Shown: positions 59,002 to 64,000 of the stretch, piece after piece
Position numbering within the stretch: position 1 is the first letter of the stretch
How the letters are laid out: each line of letters begins with the position of its first letter
Source of the DNA: an uncultured Acidobacteriota bacterium
GTDB lineage: Bacteria > Acidobacteriota > Thermoanaerobaculia > Multivoradales > UBA5704
Assembly (NCBI GenBank): GCA_963770895.1
Contig: CAVYRF010000002.1
Location: 5,664,001 to 5,728,000 of the forward strand
Direction: 5' to 3'
Length of the DNA stretch: 64,000 nucleotides
The notes under the pieces: model-generated
The model's database searches: none
What the model was told of the DNA's origin: nothing
What the model saw: only the letters and a program-made list of their open reading frames with translations
Made by a program: the position numbers and the translations under genes

Positions 59002-59179
59002 CTACGGCATTGCAATGGATGGTTGGAAGGCACAGGTGCCGGCGGGCGCCAACGAGGGAACCGCCGCGCCAAGCGGCTCGGCTCCGTCGCGCACCTGATC
59101 GCCGCCTTGCAGCTGCCGCGGCGCGCGGTCCGGCGACTGGGTGTTGCAGCCGCCGGCTTGCCGCGTCGTCGCGGTCAAA

Positions 59180-60370
<1,191 letters not shown>

Positions 60371-60522
60371 CACACCTCAGAGCTGCCATTGTGGTGCTCG
60401 GCGGCAATCACCGCTCGCCTAGCTCGGATACGGAAAGGTAAGAGGTCCAGGAACCCCGGACAGGCGGCCGCCTATGGTACCACGCAGGCGCACCGTGGGG
60501 CGCGTGGCGGTGTTCAGCGGGT

Positions 60523-61110
60523 TCAGCGGCCGGGGCGGCTCTCGATGACGCCGTAAAACAGGCTGGCGACGGCGTGCAGGGTCGAGGAGGCGACCGCCTT
60601 GCGGCGATTTTCCAGCTGGCCGGTGAGCGAGCTGATCATGCCGCCGCGCTTGCGGGTGCCGGGAACGGCGAACGGGATCTGCTCGCTGTCGAGGCCGTGG
60701 ACCAGGCGTTCGGGCAGCTGGATCGAGCCGCTGGAACCCCACGCTTCGCCGACGGGGCCGCGCACCACCGTCCAGTAGCGCACGAAGTAGCGGGTGCAGC
60801 CGTCGAGGTCGATCGAGTGCAGGCCGGCTTCGCTGGCGACGTAGAAATGATAGTTGTCGGTCAGCGCCCGCTCCAGCGCCATGGCGCGCTCGCGAGTGAG
60901 GCGGATCACTTCGGCGTCCGAGATCAACAGGCCCAGCGGCGCCTCTTCCATGGCCTGCGGCACCACCGCCACCGACACCGCCCGTTCGAGCCCGTCGCGG
61001 AAATAGCGCAGGAACCCGTCCCTCACCCCCAGCATCTTGTCGGGAGAGGGACCGGCTACCGCCACCTCGACGCCAGTTTGGAGGCGCTGCCAGAACGCCT
61101 TAGTATCCAT
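60523..61110 (-). CDS. YjjX/DUF84-like non-canonical purine NTP phosphatase
   Basis: VAVAGPSPDK..V, VASEAGL, GSSGSIQLP and GGMISSLT..RR; ATG at 61110. Confidence 0.65.
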   Translation of the reverse strand: MDTKAFWQRLQTGVEVAVAGPSPDKMLGVRDGFLRYFRDGLERAVSVAVVPQAMEEAPLGLLISDAEVIRLTRERAMALERALTDNYHFYVASEAGLHSIDLDGCTRYFVRYWTVVRGPVGEAWGSSGSIQLPERLVHGLDSEQIPFAVPGTRKRGGMISSLTGQLENRRKAVASSTLHAVASLFYGVIESRPGR

Positions 61111-61930
61111 GATCATAATGATTGCGAGCCGCCAGAATCGGACGCTCAAGGATATTCGTCGCCTCCGCCGAAGTAAAGGCGAGCACGCGCTGCTCGAGGG
61201 CCCGCACCTGGTGGCGGAAGCGCTGGCAGCCGGCCTGCAGCTCGACTGCATCCTGACCACCGCGGATTTTCTGGCATCGCCGGCGGGCAGGAGCCTGGTC
61301 GACCGCTTCCCCATCGCGCCGCTGGCGGTCGAGGAGCGGCTGCTCGACGAGCTGGCGGACGCCGACTCGCCGCGCGGGCTGCTGGCGGTGGCGCGCCTGC
61401 CGCGCGGCGGCGGCGTCGCGGCGCTGCCGGTCCACCCTGCCGGCGTCTACGTGTTCGTCGAAGGGATCCAGGACCCGGGCAACCTGGGCGCCCTGGCGCG
61501 TGTCGCGGAGGCGGCGGGGGCGGCCGGCATGGCGCTCGCCGGCGGCACCGCCCATCCCAACCATCCGCGGGCGCTGCGCGCCTCGGCCGGGAGCCTGCTG
61601 CGGCTCCCCGTGGCGCTCGGCGTCGAGGCCGCCGACCTGGATCGCCACCTGCTGGCGGCGCCGGGCGGGCAGCCCGTCACCTGGGCGGCGCTGGTGCCGC
61701 GCGACGGCCTGGACCTCTACGCAGAGGGCGACGGGGCCGCGGCGGGCAGTCTTGCCGGCATGCTCGTGCTGGCGCTGGGCGCCGAGGGGCCCGGCCTGTC
61801 GCGGGCGCTGCTCGACCGCGCCGGCCTGCGGCTGACCATCCCGGTCGCCCCGCCGGTCGAATCGCTCAATGCTACGGTTGCCGCGGCGCTCGCCCTGTAC
61901 GAGCTCCGCCGCCGCCGGCTCAGACGGTAG
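61109..61930 (+). CDS. TrmH/SpoU family RNA methyltransferase
   Basis: IASRQN, LLEGPHLV, IQDPGNLGAL.R, RASAGS, GAEGPGL and VESLNA. Start is 61109 or 61118. Confidence 0.92.
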   Translation: MIIMIASRQNRTLKDIRRLRRSKGEHALLEGPHLVAEALAAGLQLDCILTTADFLASPAGRSLVDRFPIAPLAVEERLLDELADADSPRGLLAVARLPRGGGVAALPVHPAGVYVFVEGIQDPGNLGALARVAEAAGAAGMALAGGTAHPNHPRALRASAGSLLRLPVALGVEAADLDRHLLAAPGGQPVTWAALVPRDGLDLYAEGDGAAAGSLAGMLVLALGAEGPGLSRALLDRAGLRLTIPVAPPVESLNATVAAALALYELRRRRLRR

Positions 61931-61988
61931 AATCGAACGTTGTGGCACGCGAACGGCATCGGCCGGACCGCGAGAGGGAGAGCGCAGC

Positions 61989-62420
61989 ATGAAGATCGCC
62001 ATCGGCTCCGATCACGCCGGCTTCCAGTACAAGGAAGCGATCAAAGATTTCCTGCACGCCCAGGGTCACGAGGTACAGGACCTGGGGACCTATGCGGCCG
62101 AGCCCCCGGTCGACTACCCGCGCTACATCCGCCCGGTGGCCGAGGCGGTGGCGGCCGGCACGGCGGAGCGCGGGGTGGTGCTGGGCGGTTCGGGCAACGG
62201 CGAGGCGATCGTCGCCAACCGCGTGCGCGGCGTGCGGTGCGCGCTCTGCTGGAACGCCGACTCGGCACGGCTGGGGCGCCAGCATAACGACGCCAACGTG
62301 ATCTCGCTCGGCGAGCGCATGATGCCCGTCGAAGAAGCGCTGGAGCTGGTGCGGATCTGGCTCGAGACGCCGTTCGAAGGCGGTCGCCACGTGGCCCGCC
62401 TGGCGATGATCGACGCCTGA
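61989..62420 (+). CDS. rpiB: Ribose-5-phosphate isomerase B
   Basis: IAIGSDHAG, VDYP, GGSGNGEAIVAN, RQHNDAN and FEGGRH. Confidence 0.95.
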   Translation: MKIAIGSDHAGFQYKEAIKDFLHAQGHEVQDLGTYAAEPPVDYPRYIRPVAEAVAAGTAERGVVLGGSGNGEAIVANRVRGVRCALCWNADSARLGRQHNDANVISLGERMMPVEEALELVRIWLETPFEGGRHVARLAMIDA

Positions 62421-63386
62421 GTGGCGCTGAGTGCCGCGATGCCGGACTCCCCCGCCGCTCGGCTCGCGGCGCTGGCGCACGACCTGGGCGAAGCACGTGT
62501 GCGGCGCGACGTTCCCCTGGCGCCCCTCACCACCTTCGGCATCGGCGGCCCCGCCGACCTGCTGGTCCAGGTCGAAAGCGCCGACGAGCTGGCCGCGGCG
62601 ATCGGCGCCGCTGCGCGTCGTGGGGTGCCGTACTTTCGCCTGGGCCTGGGCGCCAACATCCTGGTCGGCGACGGCGGCTTTCGCGGCCTGGTGATCCGCA
62701 ACCGCGCCCGCCACGCCGAGCTGGCCGGCTCGCTGCTGCGCGCGGAGAGCGGCGCCGTGGTGTACCCCGACCTGATCGAGCTGGCGATCGCGCGCGGCCT
62801 GTCCGGTCTGGAACACTATGCCGGCATCCCTTCGACGGTCGGCGGCGCGATCTGGCAGAACCTGCACTTCCTGTCGCCCGCACCGCGCCGCGAGCGCACC
62901 ATGTTCATCGCCGAGGTGACGCGCGAAGCGGAGCTGCTGGACGCGGCGGGAGGGCGCCGCACCGTGGGGGCGGCGGAGCTGGCCTTCGGCTACGACACCT
63001 CGATCCTGCATCACCGTCCGGACACGGTGCTGAGCGTGACCTTCGAGCTGACCCCCGCCGAGCCCGCGGCCCTGCGCCAGGTCGTCGCCGAAAACCTCGC
63101 CTGGCGCGCCGGGCGCCATCCGCCCCTGGCCACCGAGCCCAGCGCCGGCTCCATCTTCAAGAAGATCGCCGGCCTCGGCGCCGGGCGCCTGATCGAAGAG
63201 TGCGGCTTGAAGGGCGCCGCGCGCGGCGGCGCCGTGGTCACCCAGCGCCACGCCAATATCATCGTCAACCGCGGCGGCGCCACGGCCGCCGACGTCCGCG
63301 GCCTGATCGAGCACGTCCAGGAGGTCGTCGCGCTGCGCACCGGCCAGCACCTCGACCCCGAGATCCAGATGGTCGGCGAATTCTGA
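62421..63386 (+). CDS. murB: UDP-N-acetylmuramate dehydrogenase
   Basis: TTFGIGGPA, GLGANILVGD, GLE..AGIPSTVGGA, SAGSIFK and HANIIVNRG. Confidence 0.92.
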   Translation: MALSAAMPDSPAARLAALAHDLGEARVRRDVPLAPLTTFGIGGPADLLVQVESADELAAAIGAAARRGVPYFRLGLGANILVGDGGFRGLVIRNRARHAELAGSLLRAESGAVVYPDLIELAIARGLSGLEHYAGIPSTVGGAIWQNLHFLSPAPRRERTMFIAEVTREAELLDAAGGRRTVGAAELAFGYDTSILHHRPDTVLSVTFELTPAEPAALRQVVAENLAWRAGRHPPLATEPSAGSIFKKIAGLGAGRLIEECGLKGAARGGAVVTQRHANIIVNRGGATAADVRGLIEHVQEVVALRTGQHLDPEIQMVGEF

Positions 63387-63446
63387 CCGCCGGCGCCGGC
63401 AGCGCCGCCGGGGCGGCCGGAGACGACCTGTCGGGCGGCGCGCTGG

Positions 63447-64000
63447 TCATTGGTGAAGCCGGAAGGTGAAAGGCAGCTCGGTCCACATCTTGCCGGGGAT
63501 GCCGTCGCGGGTGGCGGGATTGAATTGCGCCTGCATCGCGGCCTGGCGGGCGGCGACGTTGAAGCCCAGGCTGCCGGGGTCGTCGGTTTTCTTGACGATG
63601 GTCTGGATGACGTGGCCGGTTTCGTCGACCAACACCAGGATCAACACCTCGGCCTCCACCTGCCGCCGCCGCGCCCGGTCGGGATAGGTCGGCTCGGGCC
63701 GGCTGACCAGCCGCGGCGGCACGGCGCCCGGAGCGCCGGGCTCGATGAGGTCGCCGCGAGCCATCGGGCGGTGCGCCGCCGCGCCGTCCGTGGCGCCGGC
63801 CGCGCTGCCCGCACCGCCCATGCCGCCATGAACGCCGGCGTCCGGCGATGCCGCCGCTCGCGCCGCGGTCTCGGCGCCGGGGCCGGGCGCGGTCCCGGCG
63901 GCAGGATTTGCCGGCGGCGGCGGGGCACCGCCATCGGCGCCGCCGCTGCGCATCGGCGGCGCCGGACCCGCCAGACCCGCCAACCGTTCGAACGGCAGGC
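63447..64000 (-). CDS. TonB family protein, C-terminal part (5' end outside the window)
   Basis: PEPTYPDRARR..V..LVDETGHV..FNPATRDG.P..PFTF after a Pro/Ala-rich linker. Confidence 0.85.
   Translation of the reverse strand, partial: LPFERLAGLAGPAPPMRSGGADGGAPPPPANPAAGTAPGPGAETAARAAASPDAGVHGGMGGAGSAAGATDGAAAHRPMARGDLIEPGAPGAVPPRLVSRPEPTYPDRARRRQVEAEVLILVLVDETGHVIQTIVKKTDDPGSLGFNVAARQAAMQAQFNPATRDGIPGKMWTELPFTFRLHQ

Noticed and set aside
60374-60522. Possible SAM riboswitch upstream of metK
   Set aside because: No SAM-I core (ATC..GAG, GGCAACC) or other SAM-class consensus is visible.
61943-61958. Sigma54-like site TGGCACGCGAACGGCA upstream of rpiB
   Set aside because: GG-N10-GC spacing is right, but the TTGC box is degenerate and a TAGAAT -10 lies nearby; likely chance. 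TGGCAC at 30814 has the wrong spacing.

Overview
High-GC window from a diderm bacterium. Lineage-typical C-terminal domains and the TPR family suggest Acidobacteriota, probably Thermoanaerobaculia (inference). The core backbone is carD, priA, accA, recJ, an lptC/A fusion, lptB, rpoN-hpf-EIIA-hprK-rapZ-EIIA-ptsH-ptsP, miaB, parAB, queD, a pteridine-reductase-like SDR, an lptF/G fusion, ahcY, metK, a TrmH-family methylase, rpiB, murB and a partial TonB gene. Accessory content includes secreted BNR-repeat and S53 peptidase genes, a SIR2-like/TIR plus membrane-anchored STAND NTPase pair inserted between priA and accA, and an IS21 hotspot (two complete elements and a remnant, nested, one inside a ~320 bp tandem repeat). 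The best candidate for an undescribed system is at 52.5-57.3 kb: three paralogous ECF-type sigma factors, a small secreted peptide ending MDPNGGG, and a cytoplasmic zinc-anti-sigma (ZAS)-like/TPR protein translationally coupled to one sigma. A second secreted peptide with the same DPNGG motif, absent from the ORF track (19509-19664), lies divergent from the TIR/STAND pair. Both complete IS21 elements also share a covarying three-way-junction structure downstream of istB. All calls come from reading motifs; no database searches were run.
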